Shown here: piece after piece, positions 8,682 through 16,376 of the stretch
Numbering within the stretch: the first letter of the stretch is position 1
Layout: each line of letters starts with the position of its first letter
Source: Methanothrix sp.
GTDB lineage: Archaea > Halobacteriota > Methanosarcinia > Methanotrichales > Methanotrichaceae
Direction: 5' to 3'
NCBI GenBank assembly: GCA_040770465.1
Contig: JAXGJB010000046.1
Coordinates: forward strand, 1 to 18,334
DNA: 18,334 nt
Notes under the pieces: generated by a model
The model's input: the letters and a program-made list of their open reading frames with translations, nothing else
Databases searched by the model: none
What the model was told of the DNA's origin: nothing
Translations under genes and position numbers: made by a program

Positions 8682-9922
8682 CCCAGTTCCGGATAGAGGG
8701 GGAACCTCAGACAAAGCTCAGCCACCTCGTCTTTCACCCTTGCAATGACGTTCTCATCGTCTATGTTCCTGAGGACGGAAGCTGTCATGTTCGCGATCTG
8801 GACCATCTCCTTCTCTTTCATCCCCCGGGTGGTGACGGCCGGGGTCCCTATCCTGATGCCGCTCGTTATGAACGGCGAGGTCGGATCGAAGGGTATGGTG
8901 TTCTTGTTGAGGGTGATCCCCGCCCGCTCCAGGGCCGCCTCGGCGTCTTTTCCGGAGTAGGCCATCTTCAGGAGCTTGACGAGCATCAGGTGGTTGTCGG
9001 TCCCGCCGCTGACAAGCTCGAAGTTCTGGTCGAGGAGGGTCCTGGCGATGACGGCGGCGTTCTTCACGATCTGCTGCTGGTAGGTCTTGAACTCGGGGGC
9101 CAATGCCTCCTTGAAGGCGACGGCCTTGGCGGCGATGACGTGCATCAGCGGGCCGCCCTGGACGCCGGGGAAGACCGCCCTGTCGATGGCGGGGGCGATC
9201 TCCTGCCTGCACATGACGACGCCGCCCCTCGGACCCCGGAGGGTCTTGTGGGTGGTGGTGGTGACGACGTCGGCGTGGGGTATCGGCGAGGGGTGGACGC
9301 CGGCGGCCACAAGCCCCGCTATGTGGGCGATGTCGGCCATCAGGTAGGCTCCCACCTCGTCGGCCACCTCCCGGAGGGCTTTGAAGTCGATGGTCCGCGG
9401 GTATGCGGAGGCGCCGGTGACGATCATCTTGGGGGAGCACTTCTTTGCGATCTCCAGCATCTCGCCGTAGTCCAGCATCTCGGTCTCGCGGTTGACGCCG
9501 TAGTGGACGACGTTGTAGACCTTGCCCGAGAAGTTGACGGGGCTACCGTGAGAGAGGTGGCCACCGTGGTCGAGGGCCATGCCCATGACGGTGTCGCCGG
9601 GCTTGAGGAGGGCGAGGTAGACGGCCATGTTCGCCTGGGAGCCGCTGTGGGGCTGGACGTTGACGTGATCCGCCCCGAAGAGCTCCTTACACCGGTCTCT
9701 CGCCAGGTTCTCGGCGACGTCGACGAAGGTGCAGCCGCCGTAGTACCGTTTGCCAGGGTAGCCCTCGGCGTACTTGTTGGTCATCACGTTGTTGTAGGCC
9801 TCCATCACCGCGAGGCTTGTGAAGTTCTCGGCGGCGATCAGCTCGAGGCCGCTTCTCTGTCGCCTCAGCTCGTCTTTTATGGCCGAGGCGATCTCGGGAT
9901 CAACATCATCCAGGAAGTTCAA
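8678..9922 (-). CDS. glyA: Serine hydroxymethyltransferase (bacterial/THF-type)
   Basis: [47 protein letters not shown] (PLP lysine), SGIRIGTPA. Confidence 0.98.
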   Translation of the reverse strand: MNFLDDVDPEIASAIKDELRRQRSGLELIAAENFTSLAVMEAYNNVMTNKYAEGYPGKRYYGGCTFVDVAENLARDRCKELFGADHVNVQPHSGSQANMAVYLALLKPGDTVMGMALDHGGHLSHGSPVNFSGKVYNVVHYGVNRETEMLDYGEMLEIAKKCSPKMIVTGASAYPRTIDFKALREVADEVGAYLMADIAHIAGLVAAGVHPSPIPHADVVTTTTHKTLRGPRGGVVMCRQEIAPAIDRAVFPGVQGGPLMHVIAAKAVAFKEALAPEFKTYQQQIVKNAAVIARTLLDQNFELVSGGTDNHLMLVKLLKMAYSGKDAEAALERAGITLNKNTIPFDPTSPFITSGIRIGTPAVTTRGMKEKEMVQIANMTASVLRNIDDENVIARVKDEVAELCLRFPLYPELG

Positions 9923-10040
9923 TTAAATCACCGGTAAACGATCTTCTGGAGAGATTCGCTGGGGGGCAAAATAGGTTATGGTGGTGGATGCCGGGCGGCG
10001 GCGGGAGGCGGTGGCGAGCGGAGAGGGGGCGGAGGAAGAC

Positions 10041-10075
10041 GACGGCGAACGGCAGACGGCGGACGGCGGATGGCG
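10041..10075. repeat. Five 7-bp tandem repeats (GACGGCG consensus) inside nested inverted repeats
   Basis: gacggcg aacggca gacggcg gacggcg gatggcg; flanked by gagggggcg (10023-10031) / cgccccctc (10084-10092). Confidence 0.65.
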
Positions 10076-10132
10076 ACGGAGCGCGCCCCCTCCCCCACAC
10101 ACCACCACCCATCACGACAGCCTTTTTAGCCC

Positions 10133-10609
10133 ATGAGGAGAGACGATTGGATGATGCTCAAACGGGCGAGGATTATAGCCGACTTACAGTTCGGGCGCGG
10201 GAGCGGCCGGGCTCTTTTCGCAGATGATACGAAGTTCCAGCTCTCAAAGACTGGGAGGCTGAGACATCTGTACCGGGGCGAGGAGAGGATAGCGACGGTC
10301 CGGGCCCGCGACGGCCTTCTGACTTTGAGCAGCCTCGGCGCCAAGCTTCTCTATGATCATCTGCCGGCGCCAAGGCAAAGGGTCGTCATCCTGAGCGAGG
10401 TGGCGCCTTACGTCGCCAAAGGAGGGACGGCCTTTGCAAAGCACGTCGTCGCCGTCGATCCCGAGATCAGGGCGGGAGAGGAGGTTCTGGTCGTCGACGA
10501 GGAGGACCATCTCATCGCCACCGGGAGGGCGGTCCTTGCGCCGGAGGAGATGATGGAGATTAGCCGGGGCCCCGCGGTGATCGTGAGGTCCGGCCAGGAG
10601 GAGGAGTGA
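10133..10609 (+). CDS. PUA-domain protein resembling the C-terminal part of archaeal tRNA-guanine transglycosylase
   Basis: RARIIADLQFGRGSG, FQLSKTGRLR, FAKHVVAVDPEIRAGEEVLVVDEEDHLIATGRAVL. The start may be ATG 10151, 28 nt after TTTTTA (10123). Confidence 0.85.
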   Translation: MRRDDWMMLKRARIIADLQFGRGSGRALFADDTKFQLSKTGRLRHLYRGEERIATVRARDGLLTLSSLGAKLLYDHLPAPRQRVVILSEVAPYVAKGGTAFAKHVVAVDPEIRAGEEVLVVDEEDHLIATGRAVLAPEEMMEISRGPAVIVRSGQEEE

Positions 10610-10610
10610 G

Positions 10611-10672
10611 CGGCCTTTTCCCCCCCCCGCCGGGCCCCGGACCCGGGCCGGTGATCATTGATTTTTTTTTGC
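10611..10672 (+). terminator. Possible terminator region between the convergent PUA and iscS genes
   Basis: GC-rich, partly self-complementary stretch followed by a run of about nine T ending at 10670. Confidence 0.4.
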
Positions 10673-10699
10673 TCCTGAGCTGGGCCATCAAGCGGGCCA

Positions 10700-11860
10700 T
10701 CAAGCTTTTCTGAATGGCGACATCGCCAGGAGGCTCTCGGCCACGGAGACGATCGTCTCTGCGACATAGTCGACCTCCTCGTCGGTGTTCTCCCTTCCCA
10801 GGGTTATACGAAGCGAGCCGTGGGCCTCCTCGGGTTTGAGGCCGATGGCGGTGAGGACGTGGCTAGCCACCGTCTTCTTCGAGGAGCAGGCGGAGCCCGT
10901 CGAGACGGCGATCCCCTCGGCGTCGAGCCGGAGCAGCAGAGCCTCCCCCTCGATGAAGGAGAAGCCGAGGTTGAGGTTGTGGGGGAGCCTCTTTGTCCGA
11001 GAGCCGTTGACCCAGGTGTCTTCGACCCGCTCCAGGACGTAGTCTGCGAGCCGGTCTCTCATCCCGCTCATCCGGACCATGTCATCCTCCAGGTTCTCCC
11101 CCGCCAGCTCCGCGGCGGTCGCCAGGCCGACGATGCCGGGGACGTTCTCTGTCCCCGACCTCATCCCCCGCTCGTGTCCGCCGCCGAAGACGATCGGCTC
11201 GATCGGCGTTCCTTTGCGGATGTAGAGGGCGCCGACCCCTTTCGGGCCGTGGAGCTTGTGGGACGAGATCGAGAGCAAATCCACACCGAGGTCGTCGACC
11301 TTCGTCGGGATCTTGCCGACGGTCTGGACGGCGTCGGTGTGAAAGACGATCCCTCGATCGCGAGCGAGCTCCCCCGCCTCGGCGATGGGCTGGATCGTAC
11401 CGATCTCGTTGTTTGCGTGCATGATCGAGATGAGGATCGTGTCCTCCCGGATCGCCGACTCCAGGGCGTCGATCTCGACGAGACCCTCCCTGGTCACCGG
11501 CAGATAGGTCACCTCGAAGCCCTCCTCCTCCAGCCTCCTGCAGGGCTCGAGGATCGCGGGGTGCTCGATGGAGGTGGTGATGATGTGGCGGCCCCGCTTC
11601 CTATTCGCCAGGGCGGCGCCCCTTATGGCCAGGTTGTCCGACTCGGTCCCGCCGCTGGTGAAGTAGACCTCCTCCGCCTCCGCCCCGATGAGGGCCGCCA
11701 CCCGCTCGCGGGCCTCCTCCAGGGCGGCCCGGGCCGCAAGGCCAGGCTGGTGGAGGCTTGAGGCGTTGCCGAAGATCTCGACGAAGGCGGTCTTCATCGC
11801 CTCGATCACCTCCGGGGCCATGGGGGTGGTGGCGGCGTGGTCCATGTAGATCCTCTTCAT
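10700..11860 (-). CDS. iscS: Cysteine desulfurase (IscS/NifS group I)
   Basis: MKRIYMDHAATTP, FTSGGTESDN, HTDAVQ, SSHKLHGPKG (PLP lysine), RSGTENV, STGSACSS (catalytic Cys). TATTTA box 31 nt upstream of ATG 11860. Confidence 0.95.
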   Translation of the reverse strand: MKRIYMDHAATTPMAPEVIEAMKTAFVEIFGNASSLHQPGLAARAALEEARERVAALIGAEAEEVYFTSGGTESDNLAIRGAALANRKRGRHIITTSIEHPAILEPCRRLEEEGFEVTYLPVTREGLVEIDALESAIREDTILISIMHANNEIGTIQPIAEAGELARDRGIVFHTDAVQTVGKIPTKVDDLGVDLLSISSHKLHGPKGVGALYIRKGTPIEPIVFGGGHERGMRSGTENVPGIVGLATAAELAGENLEDDMVRMSGMRDRLADYVLERVEDTWVNGSRTKRLPHNLNLGFSFIEGEALLLRLDAEGIAVSTGSACSSKKTVASHVLTAIGLKPEEAHGSLRITLGRENTDEEVDYVAETIVSVAESLLAMSPFRKA

Positions 11861-12128
11861 GGGAAAATCCGAGGAGCCCATAGGGTAAATAGGCGGCGAG
11901 GGTCCGGGTCGGGCGGCGAGGGCCGTCGGCGCCGGCCGCCACCAGCCGCACACCGACCGACGACCGCAGGCCCGACCGCCGGGCGGCGCGAACGCCCGCG
12001 GGCGAAGAAGAGGCGGCGGACCTGACCCTGAACAGAAGCAAACGCCGCCTCCGGCAACCCGACCCACCGAGGGCGACCGGAGGGCAATAGAGAGAACTTA
12101 TAAGTAAACGGCCGCAAGACTCCGGCCC

Positions 12129-12380
12129 ATGATAGCCTTCCACCCGCTGATCATGGCGGGAATCGTCCTCATCAGTGTGGGGATCCTCTACACCCTCGTC
12201 TCGCCCCGGGCCGGGATCGTCATGGCGGGGCTGGGGACGGTGGCGGCGGGGGTCTTCCTCTTCACCATCGTCCCGAATGCTTTGAACCCCATAGCCTTCT
12301 TCTTCAACGGCCTTCTCGTCCTCTGCGGCCTCTGGATGGTGGACGTAGGCGTGAGAAGGGACTGCTGCGCCGGGCGATAA
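12129..12380 (+). CDS. Small membrane protein (83 aa, about three TM helices)
   Basis: Almost entirely hydrophobic ORF with core-like GC-rich codon usage; TTATAA box at 12098, 31 nt upstream of the ATG. Confidence 0.7.
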   Translation: MIAFHPLIMAGIVLISVGILYTLVSPRAGIVMAGLGTVAAGVFLFTIVPNALNPIAFFFNGLLVLCGLWMVDVGVRRDCCAGR

Positions 12381-12382
12381 GC

Positions 12383-12390
12383 TTTATATG
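12383..12390 (+). promoter_or_regulatory. TATA box of the tRNA-Pro gene
   Basis: TTTATATG beginning 35 nt upstream of the mature tRNA 5' end. Confidence 0.65.
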
Positions 12391-12417
12391 GGTGGTAAGC
12401 GTCCTCGAATCCGCAGC

Positions 12418-12493
12418 GGGGCCATAGGGTAGCCTGGTATCCCACAGGACTGGGGGTCCTGTAACCGGCGTTCAAATCGCCGTGGCCCCACCA
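12418..12493 (+). tRNA. tRNA-Pro (anticodon GGG), CCA encoded, no intron
   Basis: Acceptor stem GGGGCCA/TGGCCCC followed by ACCA; D arm GGGT-AGCCTGGTA-TCCC; anticodon arm CAGGA-CTGGGGG-TCCTG; T arm CGGCG-TTCAAAT-CGCCG. Confidence 0.95.
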
Positions 12494-12817
12494 TTTTCGC
12501 GATGCTTAAGAGGGTTTTTGCGGTATCAAGATCGAAGAAGTGTGAGCAGTATCATGTGTTTCCAAATTTCATAACTAAATATGAAGTTAAAATTTGTGGG
12601 AAAATTTTGCAGATCTATCAAAGCCACAATGATTAGATCGTAGATAGGTGTCTCACATTCTTCAAGGAAGTCGGTTGGATGAATAAAGACCGACGAACAG
12701 ATGCGAAATGAGATCGGAGCACGTTGGACCTCGCCAGCGATGATCAATGCATCTGCCACGCCACTTAAAAGCGGGGTGGTGTTAATGCGGCTTTTTTTTC
12801 TTAATCGATGGCCGAAG

Positions 12818-14161
12818 TTATGAGCAATACCCACTGAGTCCAGTTAGAATGCTATATTTAGCTGCAGAAGTATATGTAGCCGTGGGTGTATATTTAGCAG
12901 AAGTATATGTAGCTGTGGGGGTGGGAGTTCCAGTAACAACCGGAGTAAAAGTAGAAGTAGATAAATTTGTAGGCCGTTTTGGATATATTATTAATAAACT
13001 AAGGTACTTATCACATTTTGGTTGATAATCATTTAAATATTCAAATTTTATTAAACTGGTTCCGTTCCTCAAATCCTGTAATTTTAAAAGAAACTCTATA
13101 TTTTGATTTGCTGCATAATTATTGGGGTTTAATCGTATAGCATGTTCGAAGAGTCTTGATGCCTCATCATATTGTCCCTTCAATAAATAAATAACTCCTT
13201 TGTTGTTCCATGCATTTTCAAAACATGGATTTATTTCTATTGATTTGTTGAATGCATCGAGTGATTGATCGTATTCACCGATCATAGATAATAATATACC
13301 TTTGCTATTCCACGCCATCGAGTGCAGGTTATTTTTCGCTATAGCATTGTTAAACGAGCTAAGCGCTTCACCAGATTCATTTAAATTTGCATTTACTATT
13401 CCCCTGAGATACCATGTTTCCGCATAATCTGGATCTATTGCTTCGGCTTTTTCAAAAGCTTGAAGAGAATCACGAAATCTATATAACTCAAAGAGTGCCA
13501 TACCTTTGTTGAGCCACGCATCAACATAACGTGGGTTTAGATTAATAGCGTTTTCAAAAGCTGTAATAGATTCTTCATATTTACCTTCGCTAACTAAGTC
13601 GAGACCCCTTTCGTTCCACATAACCGAAAAACCATTTAATTGGTTAGGAATAGTTATTATTATAATTAATAATATAAAAAATAGCCCGAAAATTGTTGCA
13701 AGATAACCGAATTTTAGAAAATCGCATTTATCTTTGAGTGTATTTACTAAATCATTCGTATGTATCTCACTTCTGCTTTTTAGAAACGCTTTTTCTGGTT
13801 CTTTTTTTATGATTTTTAGACAAGAAATGATACTAATGAACCAGAAGATAACTGGAATTATAGGTACATATGCAAAATATTTTGGATATGATATATATAC
13901 AAGAACATCTCGCATCATTCCAAGTGATTGGGTATTCATCAGGATGGCTAGATAACCGCCTATTAAGAGAGCATTAATAGACGTTAGTTGTTTTGCAGCG
14001 TCTTCTTGTATTCTAATATCTTCAAAAATATTTTTATGTAATGCAACTGTTTTATCGCCTTCGTCATCCGTAGTTATGCGATCTGTTGAAACCCATGGGT
14101 CGTCATGACAAGTCCCTTTCATAGCTATCATGCTGAGATATATGGCACTATTACCTGTCAA
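12818..14161 (-). CDS. Membrane protein: N-terminal three-TM domain + five TPR repeats + Thr/Pro-rich tail
   Basis: Three hydrophobic segments in roughly the first 175 aa. TPRs such as AWLNKGMALFELYRFRDSLQAFEKAEAIDPDY and AWNSKGILLSMIGEYDQSLDAFNKSIEINPCF. AT-rich. Start could be TTG 14161, ATG 14131 or ATG 14122. Confidence 0.85.
   Translation of the reverse strand: MTGNSAIYLSMIAMKGTCHDDPWVSTDRITTDDEGDKTVALHKNIFEDIRIQEDAAKQLTSINALLIGGYLAILMNTQSLGMMRDVLVYISYPKYFAYVPIIPVIFWFISIISCLKIIKKEPEKAFLKSRSEIHTNDLVNTLKDKCDFLKFGYLATIFGLFFILLIIIITIPNQLNGFSVMWNERGLDLVSEGKYEESITAFENAINLNPRYVDAWLNKGMALFELYRFRDSLQAFEKAEAIDPDYAETWYLRGIVNANLNESGEALSSFNNAIAKNNLHSMAWNSKGILLSMIGEYDQSLDAFNKSIEINPCFENAWNNKGVIYLLKGQYDEASRLFEHAIRLNPNNYAANQNIEFLLKLQDLRNGTSLIKFEYLNDYQPKCDKYLSLLIIYPKRPTNLSTSTFTPVVTGTPTPTATYTSAKYTPTATYTSAAKYSILTGLSGYCS
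12854..12921. repeat. Short tandem duplication encoding TPTATYTSA(A)KY twice
   Basis: gcagaagtatatgtagc occurs twice, 33 bp apart, near the 3' end of the TPR gene. Confidence 0.75.
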
Positions 14162-14439
14162 TTAAACTTTTCGATATAAATAACATATATCATACATATT
14201 ATTATATAAATATATTAAATCATTTCCGGGAGATATAACAAACAAATGAACGTCCAACTTAATGGACAGGCTGCCTCAGTTATCAAGGATGCGCTGGATG
14301 TTCCTGGAGATGTGGACCAACATAGATTTGCTGAAGGTTAGGTTGGATGTTGATTGCATCAGTTTTTAGAAGCAATTAACCCATATGTAACAAGAGAAGA
14401 GTGCAGGAAGTTTAAAATATAATAAATATGTTATATGTA

Positions 14440-15111
14440 TTAAAATTTCCGATATAGATACGTTTTTCCGGATAAGTCATCGTTTAGCCATTGTTCCGTT
14501 TCTAAATCGAAAATATCCTTTAGGCGATTGTACAGAGCATTGATGGTATCAAAAATTTTGTATTCTTCTATTTCTGCGGGATCTAAATCCATAATCGTCT
14601 TCGGCAGTATTTCTTTTCCCTCATCTGCTGGTGCTGCATATCTGCCAGACCATACCAAATGTTCGTTAGCATCTTTTAAGAGTGAATGTTCGATATCAGT
14701 TAATTCGATCCCTAAAGCCTTAATTAAATCCGGCGCTGTATGACCTCTAATCCCAAGACTTTTAAGGCTTGCATTCTCACTTATCTGAGGATTCGCTTTC
14801 AATTTCCTGGCTACTGTTATTCCCTTAACCATATTTTCGATCGCCATACCCATTAGCATCATATAGACAGGTACTACAGAATAAGCACTCGGTTGATGAG
14901 GCGGAAGAGTTCCTAATTCAACCAATTGTTCCCAATCAAGTTCATAATCCTTCTCCCTGTAAAGTCTCGATTTTTGCATGTATTCCCATTCTATGTCAAA
15001 ATATCTATTATATAGTTCATATAAACCATCCGCGTTTTGATATAACATATCTGCGGTGAAGAACCAGCTCCAGGGATTACTTATAACCTCTCTATAATTG
15101 TTTATGTCCAT
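14440..15111 (-). CDS. HEPN-like domain protein (223 aa)
   Basis: Pattern W..TA..L...A, then YMMLMGMAIENMVKG, GHTAPDL and WSGRYAAP, matching the E..xK / H..L / RY layout of HEPN helical bundles. AGGAGA RBS upstream; AT-rich. Confidence 0.6.
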   Translation of the reverse strand: MDINNYREVISNPWSWFFTADMLYQNADGLYELYNRYFDIEWEYMQKSRLYREKDYELDWEQLVELGTLPPHQPSAYSVVPVYMMLMGMAIENMVKGITVARKLKANPQISENASLKSLGIRGHTAPDLIKALGIELTDIEHSLLKDANEHLVWSGRYAAPADEGKEILPKTIMDLDPAEIEEYKIFDTINALYNRLKDIFDLETEQWLNDDLSGKTYLYRKF

Positions 15112-15333
15112 TACTTATCTCCTATCAAGATCATCTCTCAAATTCAGTATTTCATCTTTGCGTTCGTCTCCAGATTCCCGCGGCATAGTCGCCAACAGGC
15201 TTCTCTCTACTCTGAGACTCGCCGCTTATTCATTACTAGCCCCCCAGCCCCTCCTCTGGCTACGAAGGTACATCGCTGCCTTCTCGCGCCTCCGGATAAA
15301 GGGGCAAGCCTTCCTCAGCGAGTATCAAGCCCC

Positions 15334-15656
15334 TCATCTCCCTCCTCCCCTCGGCACCAGGCACTTCGGCCCGTCGCCGATCAGATCCTCCCGCCCGGCG
15401 ATGCGCAGCCCCTCCCGGACGAGCCCCCAGTTTCTCTTGTCACGGTACTGGAGGAGAGCCCGCTGAATCTCCTTCTCCCGTCCCTTCGGGACGTGGACCG
15501 GCTTTCCGGAGAAGGGGTCGAGCCCCGAGTGGTACATGCAGGTCGAGACGGTCATGGGGGTGGGGGTGAAGTCCTGGACCTGCTCGGAATAAAGGCGATG
15601 GTCCCGGATGTACTCGGCGAGCTCCACCATGTCACTGATCTCGCAGCCGGGATGGC
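15334..15656 (-). pseudogene. Detached second copy of the 3' end (about 106 codons) of the YgiQ-family radical SAM gene
   Basis: 15352-15656 aligns without gaps to 16389-16693 (offset 1037) with 12 mismatches by manual count; has its own stop (...LVPRGGGR*). Confidence 0.9.
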
Positions 15657-16219
15657 TAGTTGTTGGGTGCATTCTCGATCGGTATTGGAGGCTTGCGCCT
15701 TAATTTATAAACCCCCCAAATGGATTCGAGTAGTTTCACGACAATACCCCCAATGGCACTTGTCACAACATCATTTGCATTGAGGCCTAGTCCGGCTTCG
15801 CCATCGTCGTCGGGATCGGGGCTCGTTCCGGCTTCGCCATCGTCGTCGGGATCGGGGCTCGTTCCGGCTTTGTCATCGTCGTCGGGATCGGGGCTCGTTC
15901 CGGCTTCGCCATCGTCGTCGGGATCGGGGCTCGTTCCGGCTTCGCCATCGTCGTCGGGATCGGGACTTGGTTCAGAATCATCCTCGTCTTTGGATTTAGA
16001 TAATGATGATCCCAACTGAGCTTCGCTAGGTGATGATGACCCCAAATGGATAACCTCTTTGGGTTTTGATGACCCTAAATGGGAAACTTCTTTGGTTGAT
16101 GACCCCAAATGGATAACTTCTTTGGGGTTTGATGACCCCGAATCTGCATTTCCTGCCGCAACACTATGTAAGGCCATCGCAAAAATAATTACGATTACGA
16201 TTGCGATAGCTTTTCGCAT
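15656..16219 (-). CDS. Secreted or surface-anchored low-complexity acidic repeat protein (187 aa)
   Basis: Signal peptide MRKAIAIVIVIIFAMALHSVAAG; GGAGGGAG RBS; three GSSxxKEVxHL repeats; five SPDPDDDGEAG-type repeats; C-terminal hydrophobic segment followed by KLRRK. Confidence 0.8.
   Translation of the reverse strand: MRKAIAIVIVIIFAMALHSVAAGNADSGSSNPKEVIHLGSSTKEVSHLGSSKPKEVIHLGSSSPSEAQLGSSLSKSKDEDDSEPSPDPDDDGEAGTSPDPDDDGEAGTSPDPDDDDKAGTSPDPDDDGEAGTSPDPDDDGEAGLGLNANDVVTSAIGGIVVKLLESIWGVYKLRRKPPIPIENAPNN
15791..15964. repeat. 36-bp tandem repeat, four full units plus one partial
   Basis: tccggcttcgccatcgtcgtcgggatcggggctcgt at 15791, 15827, 15863 (two substitutions), 15899 and 15935 (partial); no spacers. 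Confidence 0.95.
16035..16139. repeat. 30-33-bp degenerate tandem repeat, about three units
   Basis: gatgaccccaaatggataac...ctttgg repeated in frame, encoding GSS(x)xKEVxHL. Confidence 0.85.
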
Positions 16220-16376
16220 AATCTCCCTCCTTTAAAGCCTTCTTTTCTCAACTCCAATCGGCAAAGTTACTAGTACTATAATTGTTAGAACTTAAAGAAA
16301 AATCTGTCGGCACAAATGAGGCAAAAATCATGAGAGCTGGAATGTATCTGATCCGAATCCCGGATCAACCCCACCC

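Noticed and set aside
11861-12067. N-terminal extension of iscS in the ORF track
   Set aside because: It crosses the TATA box and the GC-rich spacer; the family N-terminus starts at MKRIYMD.
4771-12117. Long alternate-frame and antisense ORFs (for example 5140-5721, 8044-8748, 8990-9937, 10820-11761)
   Set aside because: They overlap well-supported genes, lack recognisable motifs, and are the expected artefact of high-GC codon usage.
12470-12493. attL/attR duplication of the tRNA-Pro 3' end
   Set aside because: I found no second copy of the tRNA 3' sequence in the window by eye, and no integrase.
12526-12834. 102-aa minus-strand ORF next to the tRNA
   Set aside because: No recognisable motif, it overlaps the TPR gene end and spans a hairpin/T-run; I cannot support it as a gene.
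15334-15672. 112-aa ORF as an independent gene
   Set aside because: It is the duplicated radical SAM 3' end with a chance ATG inside the cargo gene and no evident promoter or RBS.
15791-15964. 36-bp repeats as a CRISPR array
   Set aside because: The units are contiguous with no unique spacers, they are in frame inside a coding sequence, and no cas genes are present.
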